Both the position numbers and the translations under genes were made by a program. A stretch of DNA of 64,000 bases from a virus: IMG/VR virus record IMGVR_UViG_3300034105_001128, positions 1 to 64,000 of that record; one strand, written 5' to 3'. The notes beneath the pieces were generated by a model, which had not been told where the DNA came from, did no database searches, and was given only the letters and a program-made list of their open reading frames with translations. This document shows positions 44,829 to 54,509 of this stretch, one piece after another. Position 1 is the stretch's first letter. Every line of letters starts with the position of its first letter.

Positions 44829-47800
44829 CTACTGTCTAAATACTACGTTGTCAACGTGGAAGGCGTTGCTCGCGCCGTATGTTGTCGGAGTTGATTTTAT
44901 GGTAATTCTTGCATATGCTGCGCCGGCAATACTGCTTACGGCGTAAGTGTCTGCAATATATGCCCACCTAGTTGTTAAAGTAACTGCTGTTGTTTTAGTC
45001 TTTGTGTACATAGGGGTACCAAAACCTGAACTAGTTGAATAATTATTAGCATCATAAAAATCAACAGTTAATATGTAGTTCCCAGCAGCTGAAACTGAAG
45101 CCACTGGTCGAACAGCTGCAGAAGCATAATAGCCGCCATTAGATGTAATTGGTATCGCCTCAGAAACAATCCCATAAGTTTTATCCCCAGAAGAGCCGGC
45201 AGTAGTAACTACAGCGTAAGCTTGTCCAGAAACAGTATTGTAATTAAATATAGATCCAGTTGTTACGTTACGACTTAAGGTAGAATTAGACGCCGTCCAA
45301 TTTCCCAAAGAAGCCTCAAAAGAGTTATTTGGAATAAGGGATTTTTCTATATCAGTGTATGGATGTGTGGGGACGCCTGTTTTAATCGCCCAAGATGAGC
45401 CATGCATAGCGTAGTCCCCTAAACTTGCACGAAGTCTAGAAATTTTAATATCGTAGTTGTGAAAATAGGTTGACTTGCCTGAATCTCGTGCTTCCGATTG
45501 TGTAGCTAAAATATTTTTAGCAGAGTTTGTGGGATTAACTAAAGTAGTTGTTTCAGAATCGTTAAGTATATATTGAGAAGGTATGCGTCCGTACTCTACT
45601 TGTACGCCATCAATATGCACATAAGTAGCTGTAGTTTCAGAAACAGATATAGTAAATGTACCTGTTGTTGCCCCCGACGTTAATTTATATGTGCCAGAAA
45701 TTCTAGTCCAACCATCCCCGCTTGCAGGCAATGTATAGCTAGAGTTACCAATAGAGTAAGTAATAGCGGTAGAAGATGGACGTCGAACATATGCAGAAAC
45801 AACTATGTCTTCTCCGCCTTTAGCTACTTCTTTAAGATAGTATGTTCCTGTAATAGTAGTGCTTGTAGTAAACGCTACTTTTCCAAAATAAGAGTTGTAT
45901 AGTGGTTCAAGACCACTATCGGAAGCTGTTCTTGTAAGCGTTCCAGTAGAGGTCCAGTCAGTAGTATTTGTTTCAAACCCATGATTATGCATATAGTTAA
46001 ATCTATTTTTTATTTCCCACTTGCAATCATTTGGAGAATAATACTGTTGTACTACTGGATTTGCAGGTGTTACTCCACTAAGTCCATTAAAATACGGAGA
46101 AATCTCAGAGCCTTCCTCTAACATAGCGCCGTCTACCCAGTACTCATCATTAGCTAAGTTATCGCTAAAATAAATAGAGACTTTAGCACAAGGTGCTACA
46201 GAATCTTGCGAAACTGGTGGTGATAAGAAAGTCACGCTTATTTGATTTTTTGTTGTGGTTGACAACGTAATTTCGTCAGAATCAGAGTAGTTAACTAGTG
46301 CTGCGTAGTATGCGCCATTAGCATCAGTTAATACTTGTGCCTGTTCTTCTAGAGTTGCTTTGTTTGAAAATTCAATTCTAATGCGTGCTTTTCTAGTAGC
46401 GGATCCCAACACATATGCACTAGCGGTGTATGCGGTGCTTGGATCAACAGGTACCCAATCTGATATAAGCGCAGAATTTCCGTTAGCTGTTGATTTTAAC
46501 TTAAGGCATTTTGTTCCGTGTGCAATAGCGGCAGTTTTTGTGCTATCTTCAATAGCAGACCCATTAAAAGGTTCCCAACCATGTATGCCATTTTCAAAAC
46601 TGCCGTTTGGCATAAAGTTTTGTTTTTCTCCGTGCACATGGATATTTACTCTCCGAGGGTCTTGATACACAAACCTATGTTCAAGTTCAGTAAATTGGCA
46701 CAGGTCAATTGCGTACCGGCTAGATGACGCAGATGATGGTGTAATAGTAATTTTTACTTTAGCAAATTTAGCTTTAGGGTGAGATACAATTCCACTGCTA
46801 TCTGTAGCAGTAAACTCTTTCCAAGACGTAGTTGTTGTTAGAGAGGGTCCACCAGAAGTTGCGGCCAATAGAGTACCATACATGTCATAGAACTCAATTG
46901 TTGACGTGATCGTAGCAGCATTGTCTCTATGAAGTATGTTTCCTCTAAAGAAATACTTAGTATTTGGCTTAACAGGTACGCCGTATAGGGTTACGTTGTT
47001 GCCGCTTCCAGGCAAGCTAAGTGTAACTGCGGAAGTTGAGGCTGTTGTTAATTGCCCAAAACCAGACAATTTTGGTAATGTAGTAAGTTCCCAAAGAGTT
47101 TGAGACAAGCTTGGGGGTGAAAGGGATTCTGCGTCAAATGTTTTTTGCGCTAGCGTACCGCTTGATGCAGACCATCTACCAAGTGATTCTTCAAAAGAAG
47201 CGTCATTATAGTCTAACAGTAAGTTATGGCCTACTCTAATATCATTTCCCCAATGCGTTAGGGCCGTAGTAAATGTGGCAAAAGCTGTACTCGTACCTTT
47301 ATGTGAATGTACCATATTGCCAACACTTGATAGGCTTCTATGATACGTATCTCCCAAAGCAGGTTCAAATGGAAAATTAAAGTCTGAAATTTTATATTTA
47401 AGGACGGAGTTAGGGGTGTAAATTCTATTGTTTACGTTTCCTAAAAGAAAAGCTTCTAATCTAAATTTGTCGTAAACGAAAGAAAACACACTTAGCATTT
47501 TATAAAACGTATTGTCTTCGTTTTCTCCTACCGCTTCTCCGGTACTGTAGTCTGTAACGTTTAGCCATGCTTTAGGTAGCCAATTTGACACCTTCTGTAG
47601 GCTGCTGTCCTCTGAAATGTTTAGGGCATAAGAAGACCCACAGGATATCCATTTAGTTCCGGTAAATACCCAAAGAGAGTAGCAGTACTCGCCAGTAAAA
47701 GGATCAGTAATTAAATCTGTATACCCACTAGTAATTGTTGAGTACAAGCCGCCAGCTAAATAGGTGCCTTTATAAGGGTCGTCAATATTTCCAACTGCAC

Positions 47801-47987
47801 TCCTAACTAGTTTCCAATGGGTTAGCGGACCATCATTTGGATCAGGGTTAATAATCCCCCAAGAAACGGCAATTTCATTATAGTTGTATGCCCAAGCTTC
47901 AATACCAGAGTTGTAGTAGACACCTACGGCTGAAGTCTCACCATATCTAAAACCAGAGCCGTACCTACTTGTGCCATATTTAGCCAT
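44829..47987 (-). CDS. baseplate/tail protein with repeated CBM4_9-like beta-sandwich domains
   Basis: repeated N-x-SFE/GFE...W starts and DG..(L/V)E ends; follows the baseplate J gene. Confidence 0.75.
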   Translation of the reverse strand: MAKYGTSRYGSGFRYGETSAVGVYYNSGIEAWAYNYNEIAVSWGIINPDPNDGPLTHWKLVRSAVGNIDDPYKGTYLAGGLYSTITSGYTDLITDPFTGEYCYSLWVFTGTKWISCGSSYALNISEDSSLQKVSNWLPKAWLNVTDYSTGEAVGENEDNTFYKMLSVFSFVYDKFRLEAFLLGNVNNRIYTPNSVLKYKISDFNFPFEPALGDTYHRSLSSVGNMVHSHKGTSTAFATFTTALTHWGNDIRVGHNLLLDYNDASFEESLGRWSASSGTLAQKTFDAESLSPPSLSQTLWELTTLPKLSGFGQLTTASTSAVTLSLPGSGNNVTLYGVPVKPNTKYFFRGNILHRDNAATITSTIEFYDMYGTLLAATSGGPSLTTTTSWKEFTATDSSGIVSHPKAKFAKVKITITPSSASSSRYAIDLCQFTELEHRFVYQDPRRVNIHVHGEKQNFMPNGSFENGIHGWEPFNGSAIEDSTKTAAIAHGTKCLKLKSTANGNSALISDWVPVDPSTAYTASAYVLGSATRKARIRIEFSNKATLEEQAQVLTDANGAYYAALVNYSDSDEITLSTTTKNQISVTFLSPPVSQDSVAPCAKVSIYFSDNLANDEYWVDGAMLEEGSEISPYFNGLSGVTPANPVVQQYYSPNDCKWEIKNRFNYMHNHGFETNTTDWTSTGTLTRTASDSGLEPLYNSYFGKVAFTTSTTITGTYYLKEVAKGGEDIVVSAYVRRPSSTAITYSIGNSSYTLPASGDGWTRISGTYKLTSGATTGTFTISVSETTATYVHIDGVQVEYGRIPSQYILNDSETTTLVNPTNSAKNILATQSEARDSGKSTYFHNYDIKISRLRASLGDYAMHGSSWAIKTGVPTHPYTDIEKSLIPNNSFEASLGNWTASNSTLSRNVTTGSIFNYNTVSGQAYAVVTTAGSSGDKTYGIVSEAIPITSNGGYYASAAVRPVASVSAAGNYILTVDFYDANNYSTSSGFGTPMYTKTKTTAVTLTTRWAYIADTYAVSSIAGAAYARITIKSTPTTYGASNAFHVDNVVFRQ

Positions 47988-47995
47988 TTATTTTC

Positions 47996-49795
47996 CTACT
48001 CAATTCCTCCGTTAATAACTGATGTCAAATTTGACGCAGTTAAAAACGGAATTTGAGAATCAGATAAAACAATAGTTCCTGCACTACTGCCATCATCTGT
48101 ATTAAGCTTGTTAATAACTACCGATAAAATTCCTGGAATATTTTGAATCTCTGCTGTCACAAGAGACAAAGGAATACTATCACCAAAAGTATTATTATTA
48201 TAATGGAACATTCCGTCTAACCCAAGCATTGCCTGATAAACAGCAAGTTTGATATCGGCCTGCTTATACGCAGGGTCAATAGTTGCAGTATATTTTAAGT
48301 AAATTGGTACGTATGAGGGTGGAAGCACATTTAGAGATATTCCCGCTGGAATTTTATCAGCAAAGTATTTTGTTATTTCAGAAGCAATAGAGTTCCAAGT
48401 ATTCGTAAGTGCTGGGCTTGAGGCGGTTGCTGTTTTAATTGCTAAGCCCGTACGACCGTCAGCAGTTGCTGTAACCCAAGTACCAGTAGCTGCATTAGTT
48501 ACTGTGAAGGTAAGGTCGGTAGGAACAGAGGCGACAGTTACCTCAGAAAGATTGTACGCTGTTAAATACATGCCGGAAATAGTTATTACGTCTCCAACAG
48601 AAAGTCCGTGTGGACTAAGTGTTTTACATGTGTAGGTTACAGTAGTTCCGTTACCTGAAGCAGACTCAATATTTTTAACTTGTGGGTAGCCTGGGGCAGG
48701 GGTCAAATCGTTTGGTCCTTGAATGTATAGGTTTACTAAGGAGTAAACATTAGACGACGCTTTTGCTTTACCTACCTGAGAAACCATAAGAGCAAGATCT
48801 GCGTAATCTTGGAGCGTGACCGCACGTTTTCTTGTGCCAATTGCGGCCTTTACTTTTTTACGCAATTGCTCAAAAGTGTCTGCGTCTGCCCCACCAGAAG
48901 AAGGCAAAGAGTTAGTTACCTCTATATAGGTAGGTACCTGAATATCAAGATTTCCGGGAATAAAAGTAACTTCGCTAATAAGAAGTGACTTAATATTGCC
49001 GGCAGCACCAACACTTGATTTGTAAACCGCGCTAATAAGTTGGTTTGCCGCAGGAATGGAACCATTAATTCCATCCCCAAACACAACGCTTACAAAACCT
49101 TCAGCGTCTCGTACAACTGTAAAGACCTTATCTGTTGGTCCGTACTCTAATAGGTTGTCTACATAAGACCATGAACTAAAGGCTGTTCCTTGACCCACGT
49201 ATACTGTTAACGACTTATTAACTAAGCCGTAGTCATAGATTAAAAATGTTTGGTCCTCTGACCCATCAGAAGTGCCTAGATTTGCAGGTAAAGCCTTATT
49301 GTAGTTACTATCAATTTGGTCAGGACGGTCGGTGTTTACCGTTTTTCCTTCCTCACACAGTAGCGTTATGCTTGCTCCTGGGGCTAACGCTGTAGCAGCC
49401 TCTAAAGTTTCAAAGTAAACTTGTGAGAATGGGCCGTATGAAAGGGGGGCAATAACTTGAGTACTAATTGGAATATCATATGAAGTAGTTGTAGAACTAT
49501 TTGTAAAAGTTACGTACACGGTAGAAGGTGTTGGTCCAGACACTACATAGTCATAGAGGTTAGCAAAAGTTAATAAAGTATCAGTTTTAATAGCTGTATC
49601 AATAGAAGTTTCATTTGCAATGCGGTCAAGGTAGTGCGACATGATATCCCCCATGTACGCAAATGATTCAACTAGTACGTTTCCTAGGTCAGAGTAGTCT
49701 GTAGGGTCCCAGTTAGTATTGGTCCTAGCCTTAATTAAATTAATTAAATCTGCTTTTAAAGCAGCAAAATCTCTAGAAGTGTAGTCAATTTCCAT
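47996..49795 (-). CDS. baseplate wedge protein (gpJ/T4 gp6-like)
   Basis: IDYTSRDF, FGDGING.IP, GGAD, RAVTLQDY. Confidence 0.9.
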   Translation of the reverse strand: MEIDYTSRDFAALKADLINLIKARTNTNWDPTDYSDLGNVLVESFAYMGDIMSHYLDRIANETSIDTAIKTDTLLTFANLYDYVVSGPTPSTVYVTFTNSSTTTSYDIPISTQVIAPLSYGPFSQVYFETLEAATALAPGASITLLCEEGKTVNTDRPDQIDSNYNKALPANLGTSDGSEDQTFLIYDYGLVNKSLTVYVGQGTAFSSWSYVDNLLEYGPTDKVFTVVRDAEGFVSVVFGDGINGSIPAANQLISAVYKSSVGAAGNIKSLLISEVTFIPGNLDIQVPTYIEVTNSLPSSGGADADTFEQLRKKVKAAIGTRKRAVTLQDYADLALMVSQVGKAKASSNVYSLVNLYIQGPNDLTPAPGYPQVKNIESASGNGTTVTYTCKTLSPHGLSVGDVITISGMYLTAYNLSEVTVASVPTDLTFTVTNAATGTWVTATADGRTGLAIKTATASSPALTNTWNSIASEITKYFADKIPAGISLNVLPPSYVPIYLKYTATIDPAYKQADIKLAVYQAMLGLDGMFHYNNNTFGDSIPLSLVTAEIQNIPGILSVVINKLNTDDGSSAGTIVLSDSQIPFLTASNLTSVINGGIE

Positions 49796-49798
49796 TTT

Positions 49799-50188
49799 TT
49801 ACCTCGTAACCAATCCGTCGTAATTAAATGTTGCCGTGTTAATTTTCATAGTTGCTATTGTATTATCTGGTAATTTTAGGTATAGATTTACGTACACTAT
49901 TCCTGAGTACTCATCTCCAGAAAGCTCTACTTTTTCTACAGATAGGTCTGGGAGCCACCTACGTACTGCGTTAGATATGGCAATAGGTATTGCTCTACGA
50001 TAGTTGTTTTCATTTTCAAACAGGGTAGTGGACCAGTCTGTGCCGTATTCTGGAAGCATAGGTCTTTGTCCAACATTTGTTGACAAAAGAGTAACTACCC
50101 TATCTAAATACAGTTTAGTTGCTGTTTGGGCACTTGCAACAACCCCATTTGTATCTAAAGTGTATGGATAACTAATCGAAGAACTCAT
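49799..50188 (-). CDS. baseplate wedge gp25/gpW-like protein
   Basis: LLST..GQRPMLPEYG..LFE..RWLP. Confidence 0.85.
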   Translation of the reverse strand: MSSSISYPYTLDTNGVVASAQTATKLYLDRVVTLLSTNVGQRPMLPEYGTDWSTTLFENENNYRRAIPIAISNAVRRWLPDLSVEKVELSGDEYSGIVYVNLYLKLPDNTIATMKINTATFNYDGLVTR

Positions 50189-50814
50189 GACTGTACTCCA
50201 ATCCAAACAGGGTATTCAAGAAGGCCGGCCTCAAAAACAACCCAAACCATTTGTCCTTCCACAGGTACGGACCTATGAAAGGTATGTTCAGGAACTAGGT
50301 CGCCTTTTGAGCCAACAGTTGTGCCTACTCCAAGCCCGCTAGCAGCAGTATACTTACTATTTTCCTTAGAGTCTGTGGTAGCGCTTGGAGAATTTGCAAC
50401 AATAGTGGCGTTATTTTTGCTAACAGTTTTTTGTTTAGTAACTGCTACATGTTGGTGGTTTAGCTGTTGATTGCCTGGAGACTTTGCCACTATTGTAAGG
50501 GCAGGAACAGTCTCTGTATCCCCTCTAGAGTCTGTTACAGATACAGGGGTTGTAGTTAACATAGCGGCAAGGGCAGCAACATTATGGGGCTCGTGATCTG
50601 GGTGGTATGACGAATCTGTAATAGGTAGGCAGGCTTTAGCCCAGTTAGATACTTCCGTACCTGAGGGCATAAACACTTTAACTTTTATTCTATTTTTGCC
50701 TGTAGGATCTAGGCCGGCAGATACCTGGGCAGAATAGATACCATAAAACCTAGATCTTCCTTGCGGATCGTGGTTAAAGGTATTCTCATCAAGGCCGTAA
50801 TTATCAAAACTCAT
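50185..50814 (-). CDS. baseplate spike OB-fold protein (gp5/gpV N-terminal)
   Basis: FYGIY...DP...RIKVKV..SNWA; VP..GQMVWVVFEAG...PVWIG. Confidence 0.8.
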   Translation of the reverse strand: MSFDNYGLDENTFNHDPQGRSRFYGIYSAQVSAGLDPTGKNRIKVKVFMPSGTEVSNWAKACLPITDSSYHPDHEPHNVAALAAMLTTTPVSVTDSRGDTETVPALTIVAKSPGNQQLNHQHVAVTKQKTVSKNNATIVANSPSATTDSKENSKYTAASGLGVGTTVGSKGDLVPEHTFHRSVPVEGQMVWVVFEAGLLEYPVWIGVQS

Positions 50815-51422
50815 TTTACAATTCTCCCACTACTTGTAGCTACCCATTTTACAGGGTTTTTTATAGAAATCAAATTAGGATAGTAATCTAAAAATTTGGT
50901 TGCGCCGTAGACGCTTGGAACATCTGTCACAGAGGTTGAAGTATAGGCTGTGGGCATAACTGTCTTAGTTGGAATGAGTTCTGAGGAGTTTGGGGACAGA
51001 GAGAACTCAGATAGAACAGTTGCATACCCAACTAAAGACTGTCCTGACAGCTCTGATTGAATATCTCTAGTTGCTGCGCGAGTAGCTGCAGTAGGGTCTA
51101 CATCCCCAATTATATCTGTACCAACCTCTAAGTTTAAAAAATAATCCGAAGGGCGGCCACCAAATACGTGGACAACAGAAAGAACGGTCCAATATCCAGA
51201 CAGACCGTTAGGTAGTCCGTCTAAATAGATAGGGTCGTATGGCTTGATAGAGGGGTGGCCAACAACTGATACCTGAGCCCTATGTTGATATCTATGTGAC
51301 TTTTTATAGGAATCCGCAATTTGTTTAGCGTCTGTTTGACTAGTAGCTACTTCGTGCACGTGATATTTTTTAAATCCTGCTTTAGTTGTTGCAGTGGACT
51401 TATTATTCGAAAAAACTGTCAT
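50811..51422 (-). CDS. baseplate hub (gpD/gp27-like), C-terminal part
   Basis: VVGHPSIKP..IYLDGL..SGYWTVLSVVHVF. Confidence 0.7.
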   Translation of the reverse strand: MTVFSNNKSTATTKAGFKKYHVHEVATSQTDAKQIADSYKKSHRYQHRAQVSVVGHPSIKPYDPIYLDGLPNGLSGYWTVLSVVHVFGGRPSDYFLNLEVGTDIIGDVDPTAATRAATRDIQSELSGQSLVGYATVLSEFSLSPNSSELIPTKTVMPTAYTSTSVTDVPSVYGATKFLDYYPNLISIKNPVKWVATSSGRIVK

Positions 51423-52270
51423 GATAAGAAGAACCCTTCATTAGGAACAACTACTCCGCTAACAAGGTTATCATCTACAATGTTTTGATGTGTTGACTGA
51501 GCAACAATTCCATTAGCAGTGTTTACCGCAGTAATTACACGATCAACTCTTCCACCGGCTTCTGGTGCGTAATCACTAAGCATAGGGCTCCAGCTAATTA
51601 TGGTTCCAAGTACCTTAAGCTCACGTGGAGCTTGGCCGTCTTCTTCAGTAGATACATAAAAAAAGTAAGGGGCAGACTTTTTCTTTTCTGAATAAATCTT
51701 ATCTTTTGACACAAAGAAAATAGTAGTGTTATCTGTAACTAAGGCAAAACCAGTTTGTTTTGCCAAGCTCCTGATAACCTGCCAATCACTTTGCCCTGCC
51801 TGAACAACACTGGGGCGTGTTCTAGGATGGCGTTGAGTGACTGTTGCAAGACCATGTTTGTTTGCAATCTTTGTGACAACCTGATCAGCAGTAACATCCT
51901 TATAGATTTTTTGATTAGTATCTTTAAGGTAATACGTAGCCCCTACACAAACAATATCTGTGTTTCCACCTTGCCAGGTGTTTGGCTGCTCTACATGCCT
52001 AATATATCCATACCAAGTTTCTTTAATTTTTTTTGATCTAAATGTAAACCTAACCGGGTCTCCAGATATTAAGCCTGTTTTTTTATTGCTCGGGTGGCCC
52101 TTAAAATGCAGAACAAGTCTGTCATGTTCTTCGGGATTTCTATATAGTTCTGCACCAATTAGTGCCATAGTCATATCAGGTGCTTTTGTAAACTCTACTG
52201 TAAAAGAAGAATCTATAGATCCTTCTTGCCAAATAAATGGTCTATTTGACGGAGAATTAGCTGTTTCCAT
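51419..52270 (-). CDS. baseplate hub (gpD/gp27-like), N-terminal part
   Basis: IANKHGL...QAGQSDWQVIRSLAKQTGF. Confidence 0.75.
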   Translation of the reverse strand: METANSPSNRPFIWQEGSIDSSFTVEFTKAPDMTMALIGAELYRNPEEHDRLVLHFKGHPSNKKTGLISGDPVRFTFRSKKIKETWYGYIRHVEQPNTWQGGNTDIVCVGATYYLKDTNQKIYKDVTADQVVTKIANKHGLATVTQRHPRTRPSVVQAGQSDWQVIRSLAKQTGFALVTDNTTIFFVSKDKIYSEKKKSAPYFFYVSTEEDGQAPRELKVLGTIISWSPMLSDYAPEAGGRVDRVITAVNTANGIVAQSTHQNIVDDNLVSGVVVPNEGFFLS

Positions 52271-52541
52271 AAGGGACCCTAATCACTGTTCCGGCAGCGA
52301 TATTAAATGGGTCATCAATTTCTGGATTAATTTCCATAATTTCCCACCAATATTTTGAACCTAATCCGTAAGCCTGAGCTAGAATAGCTATTGCATCTCC
52401 ATCCGCCCACGTATACTCTACATACTGTACTTTTTTAGAAGTTGGAAAAGCACGGTAAACAGATACGGTAGGGTTACCCGTATATTTATGAGCAGTCTGT
52501 GATAGCGGACCATCGTAATATCGTGAAACTCTTTCAATCAT
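52257..52541 (-). CDS. LysM/gpX-like baseplate protein
   Basis: GDAI..LA..YG...WWEI.EINP...GTVIRVP. Confidence 0.8.
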   Translation of the reverse strand: MIERVSRYYDGPLSQTAHKYTGNPTVSVYRAFPTSKKVQYVEYTWADGDAIAILAQAYGLGSKYWWEIMEINPEIDDPFNIAAGTVIRVPYGNS

Positions 52542-52553
52542 GATTATCCTTTC

Positions 52554-54509
52554 TTATGGTTTCGGTGTTTCAGGAGTGCCTGCAGGAGCAATGCCGCCCA
52601 TAGTACCAATAGACTGGATTCCCGTTTCTCCCTCTACGTTAAATTGGGCAGGGTAACGAGTAAAGTCAACAGAAACAACTGTAAGCATAGGAACCATATT
52701 TAGATCAAAAATTTTATGGGTAACATTGAGTCCAGTTACAGAACCAAAATACCTTAAATTTGGTCCTAAGTACATCCACAATGGGATACCAGTAATATAG
52801 CCAATATCCGAGCTTCTACGATATTCTTTGTGCCCAATATTAGCGCCGTAGTTTTCATCAAGCAGCATGGTGTTTTCTTCTGGATCTCCGTTTAAACAAC
52901 GGTATAAAAACTCTAAATCGTATTCAGTTCCTCGGTTTAAAAGTCCATAACGTTCTTCCTCTTGTAGCGGTCTTCCATACGCAGCGGTTTCATCCCTCTT
53001 TGCAGCAGCCATATTTAAATAACTTAGGTCGCTAATCCTACTTATTAAAAGCTCAACTTTAACAGTTTGATTACCAGTAAGAGAAGTTGCAGAGTCTTTT
53101 GAGCCAAACGTCCAGTCAATTGAATTATTGCCACTAGTGCTATAGCCAATAACTTCTGGGTTGTACATAAATCTAAAGCCCCATTGCTTTGCTTTTGCCT
53201 TTGAGCCAGTGCCTAAAGATAATGCGCTATGGTTCATTACTGATGCAGAAAGTTTGTCTTGGAATATGCGGCCGCGTTCTAGGCGACCGTCATCACCTAT
53301 AAACTTATATTTACCGTTTAGCTTTGCAAATTCGTCAGAATTAAATGGTTGACCTTTTGAATCTAATGCAACTCCCGCACGTAAGCCAAAAGGTATGCTC
53401 TTGCTAGCAACGTGTGGTGGTGGATTCCATCTTTGAGCATCACCTGGTGGAAATACTTGCGTTGGTTTGTCCGGTGTGTTTGCTGGATTCGAATCTAATT
53501 TGTCTCCACACTGTCCAAGCTGAGCATCGTATAACTTTTTTTCCATTTGCCGTAAGTTTGTTGGGCTTTTTTTAAAACTTGTATAGGTACCAGAATAATC
53601 TGAGCCCTTAACAATTGTTTTACCGTCAATACTAGAAGTTATATAGGAATAGACTATCTTATTGCTAGTTCCAGTCTTTGTTCCAACTTTAAACCCAATC
53701 CATTGCTTGTTGCAAAGATCGTAAACATACTGGTACTTAAGCTGGCTTGTTTTAACAGTAGTATACGCCCCAGTTCTTTCTGTAAGCTTAGCCTTAAACT
53801 GATCTGGAAGATCAGGGATTTCTCTTGCTTTTCTTACATAAATTTGTGGGTTTAGGCCACCAAGAGTTACTTCTCCAGAATAGGCGGCACTTTCCTTATC
53901 AACTTGGATTCTTATAGCGCCGGGAGTAGGTCGATAGGCAACTTTATCGGGGAAGATGTCTGCCTTTACGGTAAATGGTGGGTCAAATGTAGCTTTAGTA
54001 GCACTTGTAACTGTAAGAGTAAACCAAAAATTTACACTTTGATTTTCTGTATCTGAATTTGGAGAAGTTTGCTGGTTTGCAGTAATCCCGCTAAAACCAC
54101 GATCTTTCTTTTTATCAAGTTGAACTTTACCAATGTCTAAGGTTGAGGCAGTCGGAATAATTTTTACGTTCTGTACGCATGCCTCATTTAACCAATAATA
54201 TGTAGATACGTTAGTATCTGTATCAGTTTTTTTAAGATAAAATCTTAATGTATATCTATACTTATTCCATCGTGTTGCACGAATTTGGGTAGCGTACGGG
54301 CCCGCAGCCGAAGGTGGTGCGGTGTATATACCATACGTATCTGGTGCGGTCTGTTCCCCTAAACGTTGCTCAAGGTGGGTATTAATATACTGACCAAACT
54401 GCGTAGCTAAAATAGTATCGTTGTACGAGCCTCCTGAGTTTATCTCATTTTGCGTAATAAACGATGTCTCTACCTGTACAGTGTAGAAATAATTATAGGA
54501 AAATGCCAT
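52554..54509 (-). CDS. tail-tube initiator-like structural protein
   Basis: C-terminal FRFMYNPE..., GSVTGLNVTH..FD..MVP; follows tape measure. Confidence 0.6.
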   Translation of the reverse strand: MAFSYNYFYTVQVETSFITQNEINSGGSYNDTILATQFGQYINTHLEQRLGEQTAPDTYGIYTAPPSAAGPYATQIRATRWNKYRYTLRFYLKKTDTDTNVSTYYWLNEACVQNVKIIPTASTLDIGKVQLDKKKDRGFSGITANQQTSPNSDTENQSVNFWFTLTVTSATKATFDPPFTVKADIFPDKVAYRPTPGAIRIQVDKESAAYSGEVTLGGLNPQIYVRKAREIPDLPDQFKAKLTERTGAYTTVKTSQLKYQYVYDLCNKQWIGFKVGTKTGTSNKIVYSYITSSIDGKTIVKGSDYSGTYTSFKKSPTNLRQMEKKLYDAQLGQCGDKLDSNPANTPDKPTQVFPPGDAQRWNPPPHVASKSIPFGLRAGVALDSKGQPFNSDEFAKLNGKYKFIGDDGRLERGRIFQDKLSASVMNHSALSLGTGSKAKAKQWGFRFMYNPEVIGYSTSGNNSIDWTFGSKDSATSLTGNQTVKVELLISRISDLSYLNMAAAKRDETAAYGRPLQEEERYGLLNRGTEYDLEFLYRCLNGDPEENTMLLDENYGANIGHKEYRRSSDIGYITGIPLWMYLGPNLRYFGSVTGLNVTHKIFDLNMVPMLTVVSVDFTRYPAQFNVEGETGIQSIGTMGGIAPAGTPETPKP

